Source: Raillietiella orientalis
Taxonomy: Eukaryota
Direction of reading: 5' to 3'
Assembly: GCA_036172245.1 (NCBI GenBank)
Contig: JAYWIR010000056.1
Coordinates: 186,001-250,000 of the forward strand
DNA: 64,000 bases
Shown: in pieces, positions 1 to 11,971 of the stretch
Layout of the letters: each line of letters starts with the position of its first letter
Position numbering within the stretch: position 1 is the stretch's first letter
The notes under the pieces: generated by a model
Seen by the model: the letters and a program-made list of their open reading frames with translations, nothing else
The model's database searches: none
Told to the model about the DNA's origin: nothing
Position numbers and translations under genes: made by a program

Positions 1-354
1 CAAAGTATGCGTTGAACGTTGCCCAGGACTATGCTGCTCCAGAGAAAGGTCTGCTTCCTGCTGATTCCAAGTTTATTGCAAGAGCGATGAGCAGCTCGAT
101 GCAAGGATTTCCAACATCCAAACTCCGGTTCGTTTGTCTCTTCCTGGACGGACCATCGGGTCCTTCCTGGGATCGCAGCGGCCAGGCGAGGGAAGGAAGC
201 ATTCACCCTCTTTCCCCTTTCGCTTCCGAGCTCTTCCAAATTTTGAGTGAAGGGATTCCCGTTACTCCGGGTAGCATTCCTTGCGAGCGGAGCATCGGAC
301 GATGCGGGCAAAGGCGCTCTCCCGGCACTGGTCTGGGTCTTTGTGCGCGGTGAC

Positions 355-535
355 GAGGTCCTCTGGAGCGGATTCGAAGGGAGCATGCGGAGACCCACGC
401 ATCACGGTCTGCGTATCTTTGTCCTTGGAACGGATGTCGCTTTCACGGATTTTAAAAGTTATGAGGGCTGGCGCTAAGCCACCCTTTACAAGGAGGCCAG
501 GATTTGAAGGGAATCAAAGCACCCGGACGTATTCG
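355..535 (+). pseudogene. Possible protein kinase N-lobe remnant
   Basis: One frame reads EVLWSGFEGS...GTDVAFT...LYKEARI*RESKHPDV: a degenerate Gly-rich loop, VAxK site, alphaC Glu, and His at Glu+9. Two in-frame stops. Confidence 0.35.
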
Positions 536-3500
536 GGACGTCGGCTGACACTTCAAAGTGTGATCTGCAAGCTTCTTTCTGTGTTGCACCCATTGTTCCT
601 CCAGAGATCACAGAGGATCGGGCGAAACTCTGGCACTCAAGGACGCGCTTCCGTCGGACCTCTTTCTTAATCTTTTGCCTTTTTTCCCCTCCCGACACAC
701 AGATGCGCATGCAATCCACCGTGCAATGTGTGACGATCTTTCGCTGACTTCAAGGATCCTGGAGGTTGAGGCGTCTTCCTTGCTTCCGCATCGGCGATGA
801 TCTCCCGAAGCAGTTTTCCTCCTCTTCCCTACTCTTCCTTGTTCCCTTCAAGAGGTTCGTGAGCACCCCGAGAACGCTCAGATTCCCAGCAGCGAAAGCG
901 CACTCCGTTTATAAGGGTAGGCTCCTTGGAAACCGTCCAAAGAAGGAGGAGGAATCTTCGAGGAGCCATCCAGCCCTCGAGGGATGGAATTCACCAGCCG
1001 ACTGGAACTTCTACCCTGCTGGAAGGAAGGACGGAAGGGAACAGACACGAAGTCTGTTCCCTGAAGAACCGTGGGAGGAGTGGAAGCAGCGGATTGTCGG
1101 AGACGGGACTAGGATTTCTGCCATCATCATCATCATCCCGACTTGAGCTTTCGTGGGTCCTTCCCGCTCTGCCTGCTATCACAAGATGACCACGTCACTC
1201 TTCATCTGCATCAGCGCTTGTTTCTCGGCGTGCAGATGCTTCGCGCCGACCACCAGTGTTGCTTCCGGATGCTTCCAGGACGGGACTCCGGAGCAGAGGG
1301 ACAGGGAGAAAGTGTCCTTCGCCGTCCCGCGGCACCTGGAGGAAGCGCGACTCGTCGAGGAATTTCCAAGGAGGGGGGGGGGGGGGAAAGGCGGAAGAGA
1401 CGCCCGTCGTATCTCCCGCCCGCCCCTGGTGCTTGCTCGCCACTTCAGGGGCTCCTGGAGCGGAGTGAGGAGGAGGAGCAGGGACACCTTCGAGTGGATA
1501 CAAGGGACCCTCGAGCCGGCGGTGTTCGGGATGATGCGGACTTTCACAGGCGATCATCCCGTGACGGGGCGTGAGGATGGATTCGCTCCGCTGCCCGCTT
1601 CGGGGGAGCCCCGCCCTGGCGCCTCGGAAAACGCCGAGTCTCTGCGAAGGCGCCTGGCGGAGTCAGCGGGAAACGGGAAAGGATCCAGCTTCTACATGCT
1701 TCGGCAGCTCGTGCCGGAGCGCGTCAGACTCCTGGAATCACTTCTTGTGGGGAGGAGGAGAGGAAGTTCAGAGGGCGACCGCAGCGAGGTTCGCGGTGTG
1801 CTTCCGGGAGGAAGGGGGGGTGAGTGTGCCAGGACGTGCAATAAAAGGAAAAAAAAAAGCACGTGTGTGTGAGAGAGAGGGAGGGAGAGCAGGAGGGGAG
1901 GTCGGGTAGAGAAGACCTCACGCGAAACCCTGCTCCCTAGCAATCCCTGATTTTCCTGTATCCCGTCTTGGCACTTTTTATTTTTGCTCCATCTTTCAGC
2001 TTTTTATGGCCGCCTGTTTTTCTTTTCCTCACATGTGCGCGAGGTCTCTTCGCTGCGGAGCCCTCAGAAAAGGAGCCGCTGCCCTCATCGGCATCCCCTC
2101 TCTTCCTGGTGTCGGATGATGTTTTTTTTTTTTTTTTTTTTTTTCCTCCTCCTCTCCGCCTGCCTCGCGTGGAGCGCGATGAGTGCCACGGGGGCGGCGG
2201 CGCTGGCTGTCTCTTCGCCGCGCGAGCCCGCCTGACTCTCTTCCTCCCCATGCCCGGGTTCTTCGCGCGCGGTGGGCGCTCAAGGGACCGACCCCGTGGG
2301 GCCGGGGGCGGAGGAACTGCCGGAAGAGACGCGCGCGTCCCTCTCGGTAGGAAGGTTCGGATTGTGGGGGAAGAGGCTTCGCGGATCTCCCAGGAGGGCG
2401 TGGATCTCGGCTCATCCACGGCCGAAGCGGCGTCAGGGACCAAGAGCCCTCCTTCCTCCCTCCCTTCTTTCCTTCTCCTCCTGCCCGCTCCCTGCAACCG
2501 GAGCCTCCTGCAAGCGGTCCTCGAAGGAGGGCGCTCGAGGGTCGCTCCCTGCACAGCGGTCGGTGGCACGGCCGAGGGAACTTTCGCGCGTCTGGTTGCG
2601 CGCGCGCGCGCGCGCAGAGCCCCGGCAGGGAGATCCGGGGCTGGTGCCGGGAGTTCGTCTTCTTCCCGCTCTCTCGGGGTTCCCCCCGGCGGCGACAGCG
2701 CGGGCCGGCGTCCGGGAGACTGCCCTCCTCCTCCCGGCAGGCCTTCCCCGCGTGCGTGCATATCCGGCGACGGCCATCCCGTTGCTCCTGGCGTCTGCGA
2801 AACGGCTCATCTTCCGGAGAGAGGTGGACCTGCCTAACGACCACCTCGTCACCAGATGGCATCCGCGCAGACTCGCTCCCTTCCGTTTCAATTAACCTGC
2901 GTTACACGCCTTACCTGCTATTGTTACAAGATTTCGGCAAGTAGGCAGAGCCGGGCTTTTGTGACCGGGCAGGCCCATTATGCCTCCATTACGAAATGAC
3001 ACGGACGCGTCTCTCCAACAATGCCGGAGTGCCCATTCTCACCTGATTAACCCTGAATGGGACCTGTTCCGCGGCTCCAGTCGATTTCATAGCCAGAGGT
3101 TCATCCAGCTGAAAGAGATCCGAGAGCTGCGGATCAAAAGGAGCTTGAGGCACGGTTCCTTTCCTTCTCCGCGCCGAAATATCTTTATCCCTGGTTGCGC
3201 GTATCCATGGCAAGACACAAAAAGAGCGTTTCCGCTTCACGCCCTGTCATTCGAACAATGCGCTGGGAATTCCTCTTCGCCTTTGTGATGGGCGTCTTCC
3301 TCGCCAGTAAAACAGCAATAAATTCGGATCAAATGCTCCTGCTGCAGCTGAAACGAATGAGCATCCGCGATTCTCAACTCGCGCGCGCGTGCGCGCGCGC
3401 TCTGACGTCGTGCCTGTCGGAAGAGGGCGGTCGTACCTCCCGAGGCGAAGGAGGTGCACCTGCCCGGTCGCCAGACGGGAGGCCGCGTCTTGCTCGGAGG

Positions 3501-5694
3501 AGAACAGGGAGCTCCTTCGAATCCGACCGCCCCTGCAGGGAAGAGGAGGAGGAGCAACGCATGCCAGGGACCAGCACGCGAGGCCGACTCCGGACCGCGC
3601 GAATTTCGAAGCGTCCGTGAGGCATCAGCGCGAAGCGAGACAAGGAAGGGCAGCAGAGACGCTGGGCGACCTGCCATCGAGCAAGGGGAAAGGCGGGCGC
3701 ACGGGTCCCTTGGACCTCTTCCATGCCCCTCTCTGCTTCGAGCGCTTCGGATGACACCGCCCCAAAGCGCCCCGCAGGATCTCCACTTCCTCCCCTTCTC
3801 CTGGATGTTTCCTCCCTCCTCTCCGAGCGCAGCGCGGTCCGGATCGCCGTCCTCTTCGCCAGCCCCCCTGGCGCCGAGAGCCGCTTTCCCTTCAAACGGG
3901 AAGCTCCGGCGAGACGCGGCCGTGTGTTTACAGGAGCCAAGGGTTCTTTCGCGAAAGGAAGCGTTCCCGTAGCCAAGTACTCGGCTCCCGTGTTTTCGTT
4001 TGGGCGAGGCGTATGAATCTTCTTAATGGCCTCTCCCCGACGCTCCTTTAATGGTCTTTAATTGCCGTTCGAGGAGAGAAACATTCGGAGAGCACGCGCA
4101 TGCTGGATGACAACAAACTCGGGGATGCTTGCTTGCAACAGTCGAGGACTGTTGTTGTCGCTGAGTGCCAGGGCTGAGGGAGCTTCCAAGGACCGGGGAG
4201 GGACCCCGGAGTGAAAGGAGGAAAAGAAAAAGGGGGGGGGGGGAAAGAAAAACGCTTTCTGTGCGCTTCCGTCGCGGGGGAGTCCCTCTGTAGGTGTTGC
4301 TCAACACGTCGAGGGAGCTCGGGGAATTTCTGCTTTGCCTCTCCCGCTCGGAGAGCGACCGGTGCAGCGGGGCGCACTTGCCGCTGGCGAGGATGCTGAC
4401 ACGTCTGAAAGCAAAACCGAAAGACTTTGCCCGTGGCTGCGACCTCAACAGTGCTGACGGGGGATCCAATGGGACGTGGAGAAGGGCACCGCTGCAGCGC
4501 TCCTCGCTTCCCGTTTCTTCCTCGCCAACGGAGCCAGACTGCTTGCCGCCCCTCTCTTGCCCGTGCCGCGGACCGGAAGCGAGAGACTCGTGAGTCCCGC
4601 CGGGATTGCGGACCTGGCAGCGGCGCCCGCGTTGCCGAGATGCTGCCTGCCCGCCCCTCCTCCGTTGCTTTGAGAGTTCCCCGCTTGCCCTCGGCGTCGG
4701 GGAGGACCTGCGCGCGCACGGCGATGGCTGAGTTCCAGAAAGGCCGACACAGCCGCTCGGAATGGTCGCCAGGGACCGCCATAAATGCCCTCCTTGTTGA
4801 CACCGCTGTAAATTATGCAACCCTGCAATGGACAGCGCCGTGGTGGCTTCGCAATAAAGCTGGCATCTCCTGGAGACGACTCGCGGTGGATCAGCCCGAT
4901 TGAGCGCGCCTCGCTTTCGGTTGGGATTCGAACGAGCCGGGAGTAGGTCGGGGTGGGGTCAGCCCAAGAGCCCTCCCTCCCCCCCGTGCTGGTGCGCGAG
5001 AGGCAAGGCGACTCAGAGGGAGCCTCTGGGTCCTGGCAGGTGTTGCAACCATCGCATGAAGGGGTGCCCCGCGGCGGCTGGGATCCCGCCCTCTTCACAG
5101 TCCAGGGGAGTGACCTGCTCGGCGCTGTACGCGGGCTTCCCCGGCCCGCGAAGTCTCAGGTGTGTCTCCACACCGCCCGCTGACGATCCCGGAGGACGTG
5201 CCTGCCTGCTCCGTACGAGGGTCCGTCCTCCCGACCGCGCGGGATCTTTTCCAGGAAGAGGGTTTCTTGCTGCGAGTAGGCGGCAGCCTCCGGAGAAGAG
5301 CGGGCTGGAGAGGGGAGGCGGCAATCGGAGACTGGAGCGATCTGATTTATCGATCCATTCCTTCCTAGCGGAAGGCGGGAGCGCGCGGCGCGAGGGTCGG
5401 CCGCACGCGACCACGGTCGTCGAGGAGAGCGGGCGCGCGCGCAGGGGCGGCTGCGATGGAGGTGGCGAGGGTCTCCAGGAAGGGGAGAGAGGGGTGAGGA
5501 GGGTGACCAGGGGCGGAGGCGGGCTCCGCCCTGCTCCTCCCATCGCGCGCGTGCGGTGGAGGGCCCGCCCGGCACCTCTGCATTCGTCAGGGGACCCGCA
5601 GGGAGAGCGCGCTCGGCTGGCTTGCGCGCATCGCGTTCTCGCGGTCGCGAGGTCAGGGGCGAGGAAGGAGGGAGGGAAAGGGGAGGGAGGGGAA

Positions 5695-5727
5695 GGAGGA
5701 GGAGGAGGAGGAGGAGCAGCAGCAGCA
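5695..5727 (+). repeat. (GGA)7(GCA)4 compound trinucleotide repeat
   Basis: Read directly from the sequence. Confidence 0.9.
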
Positions 5728-5995
5728 GCCTCGGAGAACTTTCGACCCCCTCCTCCTCCCCCGCGCACGCCCCGCATCCCGCAGTCGCCGCCACCACGCC
5801 GCCGTTGCCATGCAATAAAAGCGATCCCCTGACGACGGCGATGCTGCCGCAAAGGACTCCTTGGATGCCGCCCGCCGCGGGCCCGCGACCCCTTGTTCCC
5901 TGGACTCGCGGGCCTCTCCGCTTTATGGCGTGCAATCTTCGAGACTTGTGGAGGGCGGCGCGCGCTCTCATCGCCGTTGCCTGGAGATCGCGGGA

Positions 5996-6026
5996 TGTGT
6001 GTGTGTGTGTGTGTATGTGTGTGTGT
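5996..6026 (+). repeat. (TG)n microsatellite with one interruption
   Basis: Read directly; lies upstream of CBF-beta. Confidence 0.9.
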
Positions 6027-6589
6027 TTTCATTTTTTTTTTCCCTCCTTTCCCTCCCCCCTCCTTTTATTGCCGTCTGGTCGAACGCGGCAGGAAAGCCC
6101 ACGGTGCTCTTGGGCGGGAGGCAGGAGAACTTCCTGTAGGTCTGCTCAGAGTCCGCGCGAGGGAAGGGTCGCCCGGTAAACAGGATGCCATCGGTTCCCG
6201 TTGCTCCCGGACGAGGTTCCCCGGTCCCCTGCCACCCCTACTCAGGAGCAGGGGGACCCCTCTGCTCCAAGCGCGTTGCTCCGAGCGCTGTCCGGTTGCG
6301 GCGGCGTGGGGAGAGATCGATGCGAGGGAGAGCCGGGAAGCGCGCCGACGGGGAAGGAGGGCGGGGACGCCGGATGGCTTCCGGGAGGCTCGGATTGGCG
6401 GGAGCGAATCCCGGCGGGCGGGACGAGCGCGGCCGCCTCCTCCCCGCCACGAGGCGCGCGCGCGCCTCGCGCCGGCGCGCGCGCGCGCGAGGCGGTCCTC
6501 GCAGGAAAGCAGAGGAGTCGCGCGAGCGACGGCATCCGCGCGCGGAACGCGAGCTCCTTGCGCGCCCTCCCAGAGGAAGTTCGGCGACG

Positions 6590-6754
6590 ATGAGCCAGCA
6601 GCCGCCTTTGGCCGCCATGCTGTCCTTCGAGCCTGCAGGGCTCTTTGAGCAGCCCAAGACCCGGTTCGTCTTCAAGGTGCCCCGGGTCGTGCCGGACCAG
6701 AGGGCAAAGTTCGACTCGGACGAGCTCTTCAAGAAGCTGAGCAGGGAGAGCGAG
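6590..6754 (+). CDS. CBFB: CBF-beta coding exon 1
   Basis: ATG at 6590; 55 codons MSQQ...KLSRESE; donor GAG|GTAAGC at 6755. Confidence 0.93.
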
Positions 6755-9489
6755 GTAAGCAGGGAAATGACGGGCATTGTCGCCCTGAGGGGGGAGGGGA
6801 GAGGAGGGGAGCTCCCTCCAGACCCTCTGCTGACCGCCCCCTGTGTCTCCCTGCCCACCCCAGGTCCGCTACACGGGATACCGGGATAGGCCGCTCGGGG
6901 AGAGGCAGATCAAGTTCCAGAACGGATGCCGGGAAGGACACACGGAGATCGTGAGTGACCCCTGGGAGACGCGCGTGCGCGGAGAGTCCCCTCCCGGAGG
7001 AACGGGGGGTGCCGGTTTCCGGGCCCGCGCCCCTTCCGAGGGAGGGGTCAGCGGGGTCTCCCGAGAGCGTCCGCCCGCTGCCGGAGTTGCGCGGCGGCTT
7101 GCGCGGAACACGGCGCAGGGTCTCGAGGAGGGGATGGTTGGGGAGAGGTCGAACCCCCGAACGGGGGTGGGCACCCCTCATCCTTGGTCTCTCGCCAGCA
7201 GGCCTTCGTTTCCAACGGCACCAACTTGCAGCTCTACTTCGCCGCCTGCGGCAACGGGTACACCGGCGGCGCGGACCGCAAGGAGTGCGACTTCGAGAAG
7301 GAGCCCGGAAAGGTGAGCGGGGAAGGAGGGACCCCCTGACTCGCGCTGAACCTCCAGAAAGGGAGGCATCCTCGGCCCGCTTCCCTCATCGTTTCCTCCC
7401 CCGTGCGCGCGCCGCAGGCCGAGTGACGGCGATGCATCACGCCCGGCGCGTTCTCCCGACGGGCGAAAAGGGCAGGGGCGCGACCAGCCACCCTTCTCGC
7501 CCGTCACGGAGGAGGCCCCACGGGACGACCTCCTCCGCGGACGCTTCCCGGCAACGCGCTCCCTTGGGCGAGAGACACGGAGGGACGCTGCCCCGCGGTT
7601 GCGCCCCGAGGCGGAGCGCCGGGGAAAGGATCAAGGCGGAAGCTTCCGTCCTGCTAGTCCAAACTTTCGCGTGATCCCTGAGAAATCGGCCTTTCCCGCT
7701 GGATTTTCGGCTGCCAAGGATGCCGAGGGGGTGTGCCCCCATCCTCCTGCTCCTGCCTTCCAGGGTCGTCCCCTTCCCCAAGTGATTGCCACGAGACTCC
7801 CATGGACCTGGGAGAGTTTCGAGGGTTCCCTTTTCGCTGATGGGGGCCCGACGCCCGGGAAGTTGCTCTAGAGGAAAGCTCTTGGATGCGGCTGCCCGCG
7901 ATGGGCGGTGACTCGCCTTCCCGGGATCCCGAGGATGAGCCTCGGAGGTCCTCTCGGAGGGACGAAGGAAACGTCTCGGGAGAGAGGGTGGGCGCCCTTT
8001 GCTCTGGATTCTGTCGCCCATACTGCCGCCGCGCGCGCGGGCGTGAGCGCCGGCAGCGGCAACGGACGCGGTTCGGGCGGCGACCTGCTGACTCCCTGCC
8101 TTGCCCTCCTCTTTTCTCCGCTCTCTCCTGGAGAGCGACGGAGGCGCTTTGGGGTCGTCCCCGCCCTGGGATGGGCGCACCTCTATCCCGAGCAGTCCGC
8201 TCCCGGAGTTGCCCCCCCGTCAACTTTCTTTCCCTGTTCCAGGTCCACTTCCAGTCCAGCTTCATCATGAACGGGGTTTGCGTCAGATGGAAGGGGTGGA
8301 TCGACCTGGAACGCCTGGATGGAGTGGGAGGACTCGAATTCGACGAGGAGAGGGCGGAGGTAGGCGGGAGATTTCCGGGCGACTCTGGCCGAGGAAGGAT
8401 TAAGTCCGAGAGACCACGGGATGGCCCCTTGCGCGAGGTGCTCCCTTCTCTCCCTCCCTCCTCCTTCCCCGGCTCCCGCCCGAAGGACCGAGACCTGAAG
8501 AGGGTAGCTGCCTTTCGCGACAGGGGGTGAAGAGAGAGGGACGCGGGTCGCAAGGAGGCAGAGGGCCTCGGGCAACGCCATCGCCGCTGGGAGCCAAGTC
8601 CATGAGGAGGTGGGGAGGGACCCGTGCCGCAGCACGCAGGGTGAAAATAGGGAGAAGGGGAGTATCTCCCTTTTACTCTCCCTCCGCCAGCATGATCACA
8701 CAGCCTTCCTGCTTCAGGATCGCGTTCCGGGGTCTGGAAAATGGGCGTGAGCGACCTTTTGGGGATTCCCTTCTTCCCTCTTCTCCACGCTCTTCTCCCG
8801 AAGGAACGTCGAGGTGGGACCTCTTTCTTGGTTGATCTCGGGATCGACCACTGGCGTTTTCTTGTCGCCCCGTACGCTTTTCCACTTCCTCCCGAGGGTG
8901 GCTAAGGGAAGAGGAAAAGCGTCTCGGAGGAACGTGGGAGGCTCCGCTCCTCCGGTGTAAGCATCTTCGCCCCCTCAGTCCTGCTCCCTGGAGCCACACA
9001 CAGTGAGTTCTGATCCCTCTCTCCTTGGAGTGGGACGGACCCCGCCGGTCACGACCCCGGTGACCCCTACGGAGACCTCACAAGCGGCCGCTGACTCTGA
9101 CCCCTGTCGGGAGAAAAAGCCGAGGTGTTGAACCTTATCAAAGGGGATCGCGCAGGCTTCCGCGCTCCTCTCCTCCCTCCTCTTCTCCGGACCTCGGCTA
9201 CCCCTGAGCAGGGACTGAGATTCTCTTCCTCCTCTCCCTGAGACGAGACGCGACGGAAGTGCGCTGCCTCGATGCCTTGCAGACACCGGGTTGCGAGGAG
9301 GAAGGAGGACGGCTCACGCCTCTTTCCCCAGCTTCCCTGATCTTCCTGCTCTCCATCTCGCTCCTCTCCCGCCAGATCGAGAACAGCATCCTCAAAGAGC
9401 AGCTGGAAAGCTACCATCAGAGACTGCGGGATTTCGAGGAGAGGCAGAAGGCGTACCGCCCTTCCAACGGGATCCACCAGACATGGTGA
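6590..9489 (+). CDS. CBFB: Core-binding factor subunit beta (Runx partner; Brother/Big brother-like), about 196-197 aa, 5 coding exons
   Basis: Exons 6590-6754, 6864-6950, 7202-7312, 8243-8359 and 9376-9489 are joined by phase-0 GT-AG introns of 109, 251, 930 and 1016 nt. The spliced protein has the CBF-beta hallmarks PRVVPDQRAKFDSDELFKKLSRESEVRYTGYRDRP, AFVSNGTNLQL and FIMNGVCVRWKGWIDLERLDGVGGLEFDEERA. The extension EQPKTRFVFK resembles arthropod Bro/Bgb. Confidence 0.97.
6864..6950 (+). CDS. CBFB: CBF-beta coding exon 2
   Basis: Acceptor CCCCAG|; encodes VRYTGYRDRPLGERQIKFQNGCREGHTEI; donor GTGAGT at 6951. Confidence 0.96.
7202..7312 (+). CDS. CBFB: CBF-beta coding exon 3
   Basis: Tandem acceptor CAGCAG|; encodes AFVSNGTNLQLYFAACGNGYTGGADRKECDFEKEPGK; donor AAG|GTGAGC. 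Confidence 0.95.
8243..8359 (+). CDS. CBFB: CBF-beta coding exon 4
   Basis: Acceptor TTCCAG|; encodes VHFQSSFIMNGVCVRWKGWIDLERLDGVGGLEFDEERAE; donor GAG|GTAGGC. Confidence 0.96.
9376..9489 (+). CDS. CBFB: CBF-beta coding exon 5 (C-terminal helix)
   Basis: Acceptor CCGCCAG|; encodes IENSILKEQLESYHQRLRDFEERQKAYRPSNGIHQT(W)*, matching the EQ..SY..R.R.FE pattern. A possible further intron lies at 9486-9580. Confidence 0.9.
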   Translation: MENSILKEQLESYHQRLRDFEERQKAYRPSNGIHQTW

Positions 9490-9767
9490 GTGGCTGGCTC
9501 CCGCCGCCCTCCACTGGCGCCCGCCCGCATCCCCGTTCTCCTCCCCGCCACCCTGACGGACAGACCTCTCTGCATTGCAGAAGAGTGGCTCCGGAGCCGC
9601 TGGACAGGCGTCCCCCACCTTATCCGCGCGCGCGCCCCATGTGCGCTGGAGTTCCCACCTCAGCAGACTCCTCTCTGCTTCCCTCCCAATCTCTCTCTCC
9701 GGATGTGATTAGCTCTTTAGCCAAAGACATGCGTAGTTACGTGATGAAGATGATTTATAAGATGAGA

Positions 9768-9773
9768 AATAAA
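9768..9773 (+). terminator. Candidate polyadenylation signal of CBF-beta
   Basis: AATAAA about 280 nt after the stop, in a locally AT-rich patch followed by GT-rich bases. Confidence 0.6.
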
Positions 9774-11956
9774 GGTCTATGTTTTGCATAGCAGCAGCAG
9801 CAGCAGCTCTGGGTCGACTCCGCCGGCCTGCGCCGGAGGTCGCCTGAGACGAATCCCCTTTTTCAGCAGAGGATTCCCTTCTTCCCTCTTCCTCACAGTC
9901 TTCTTCCAGGAGAAGATCGGAAGCTTCCGACGACGAGCTTCCTTCCTCAGCAGCCCTCTCGGGGACAGCATGTTCGACCTGGCTGCCTGCTTCCTTTTCC
10001 TTCTCCCTCCCCCCACCGAAAGGGTCTGAGGGCTCTCCCTCAACCTTCGCGCCCCCTTACGGCCCCATACTTGTCCCTTGCACCGCACAGAGGTGCGAAT
10101 GGGAGAAGAAGAGTCAGCTTTCAGGATCCCTTGACCGAGAGACAGTTCTTGAGTGCTGCTTAGCGGACGTCCTGACCTCGGTGACGGAGGCAGTTGCAGC
10201 GGAATCCCGGCAGCTGCGCCTCCCTCCCTCCCGTGCATCCCCTTCCCTCCTTGCTACTCTTCTCTGATTTCTTGGTTTCAGACCGAGGATGTCGCCTCGC
10301 ACAGAGTATATCCTTCGTTGGAGAGCACAGGAGAGGGAGAGGGAGAAGGAGAGGAGGTGGTTTCGGGGATCAGATGACCCCGACTGACGGCTCCGCTCTC
10401 CACTGAGGAGAGAGAGAGAGGTTCCTCTTCCTCTTCTCTACGACCCGCGGGAAGGTGGCGATCGTGAAAGACGCCGTCCCCTCTGCTCGAGGAGACTCTC
10501 GTCGCGCCGCTTCCACGCGGGTGCGCTTCCCTCCCTCGTCCTCTACTGACCACCAGCACCATCACACCCTCAGCCTGTAGCTCGGGCCACAGGCGTTCGC
10601 ACTCTAGGAAAATGGCGCCGCCTTCGAGGAGGGAGGGGGCAAGATCGGCCCTTCCACCTCTATGGAAGGATCTCCTTCCCCTGCTCCCTGAATCGCCTCT
10701 TTCCAAGGATCGGTCCGGATGCAGCTTCCCCCGTTCTGGACCAGGATCCGGTGCCTCTTCTCGGACAGTTTCTGGAGCTCACGGGAATCGCCAGGGCGCT
10801 CAGCGCTGCCTCTTGGCACTCGAGCAGGAGGGCTGTCTTTTTTTAGAACAGGACCAACGGGTCCACTTCACGGATCCAGGAGCCCTTGGTGACCCTGTAT
10901 CACTTTGGGGCGATCGCAATGGTCTCGTACCGGTAACTTATCTTTCAAGTGTCTGCCTTATCGGCTGCCGGCTGCAGGGGAGTTCTCTCTACGGCCATGA
11001 CAACCTGATGGCGAGTCGTTCCTCCGAGCCGGTTGGCAGGGACCAGAAAGTACCAGAAGGCACATGCCTTCCTTCCCACCCTCCTCCCTGAATTGGGGTT
11101 TTTCACTGCCGTTGAAGGGTGGGGTGAGTTGGGGTATCATGATATCATCCTTTCATTCGCGGATTCCGCCTTGCTGGACATCCCGGCACGGTCTTCCTCC
11201 AGTAGAGGGACTCTCTCCTCGGGTCTTTGTCCCCCTCCAGTTTGGCAATGCGGGTCCTTCCGGACAGCTTCCTACTGGGATGAGACCGCCTCCTACTCCT
11301 TCCGCTCAGAAGAAGTCTGGACTGTCGAGACGCGTTCAAAGATCTGCCGCAGCGTTTCCCACCCACCTTCCCTTTTCAGGGGAAAACCCGGGCGGCCTCG
11401 ATGGAGATCGGAGGATCCAGCAAAGCCATCTGCCCATCCCTCCAGGGCGTCCTCCTCCTCCTCTACGGGAGAGCGCCGCTTCCGTTCCAGATCGCGCCTG
11501 CTTCCTTCCGCAACACTGCTTCCCCAGTTACGGGCGCGAGCAAAGCATCCGGGAGCCAATGGCGAGCGTCCTGCGGCGGGATATCGACTAACCCTTCCAT
11601 CCCCTCCGCGCTCCTGAGTGGACGTGCATCTAGGGATCGATGGCTGCGCTGAAAACGAGTCTGCAGAGTTCGAGTCTCCGCGTGATGAAGACGGGGGAGA
11701 AAGCACGTTGATCCCGGGAAGCAGGGAAGGCGGGAGGCTGGGGGACGCTCTCTCTCAAACGTTTCCGGACGAGAGCGGTTGGCTTGGAGACGGGGACCGC
11801 CGCTTCCGAGGGACGACTTCTTTCGGCTCAGGCAGGGCCCTGGTGGGTTTTCTGAGAGAGCAGTCTGAGCACGCTCTAGGGAGGGCTCAGAACGCAGTCA
11901 CGCTCGAACCCGAACGGAGCTCTGGAGGGAGGGCCAATAGGATCCACCACTCTACA

Positions 11957-11971
11957 GTAGCCATGGGCAAC
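11957..11971. promoter_or_regulatory. RFX X-box consensus match next to a CCAAT box
   Basis: GTAGCC-ATG-GGCAAC fits GTNRCC-N(0-3)-RGYAAC; CCAAT lies about 20 nt upstream. No linked gene identified. Confidence 0.3.

Noticed and set aside
1100..6500. Many long overlapping Arg/Gly/Pro/Ala-rich ORFs
   Set aside because: Expected from high GC and simple repeats. They are open in several frames on both strands and have no recognisable domain.
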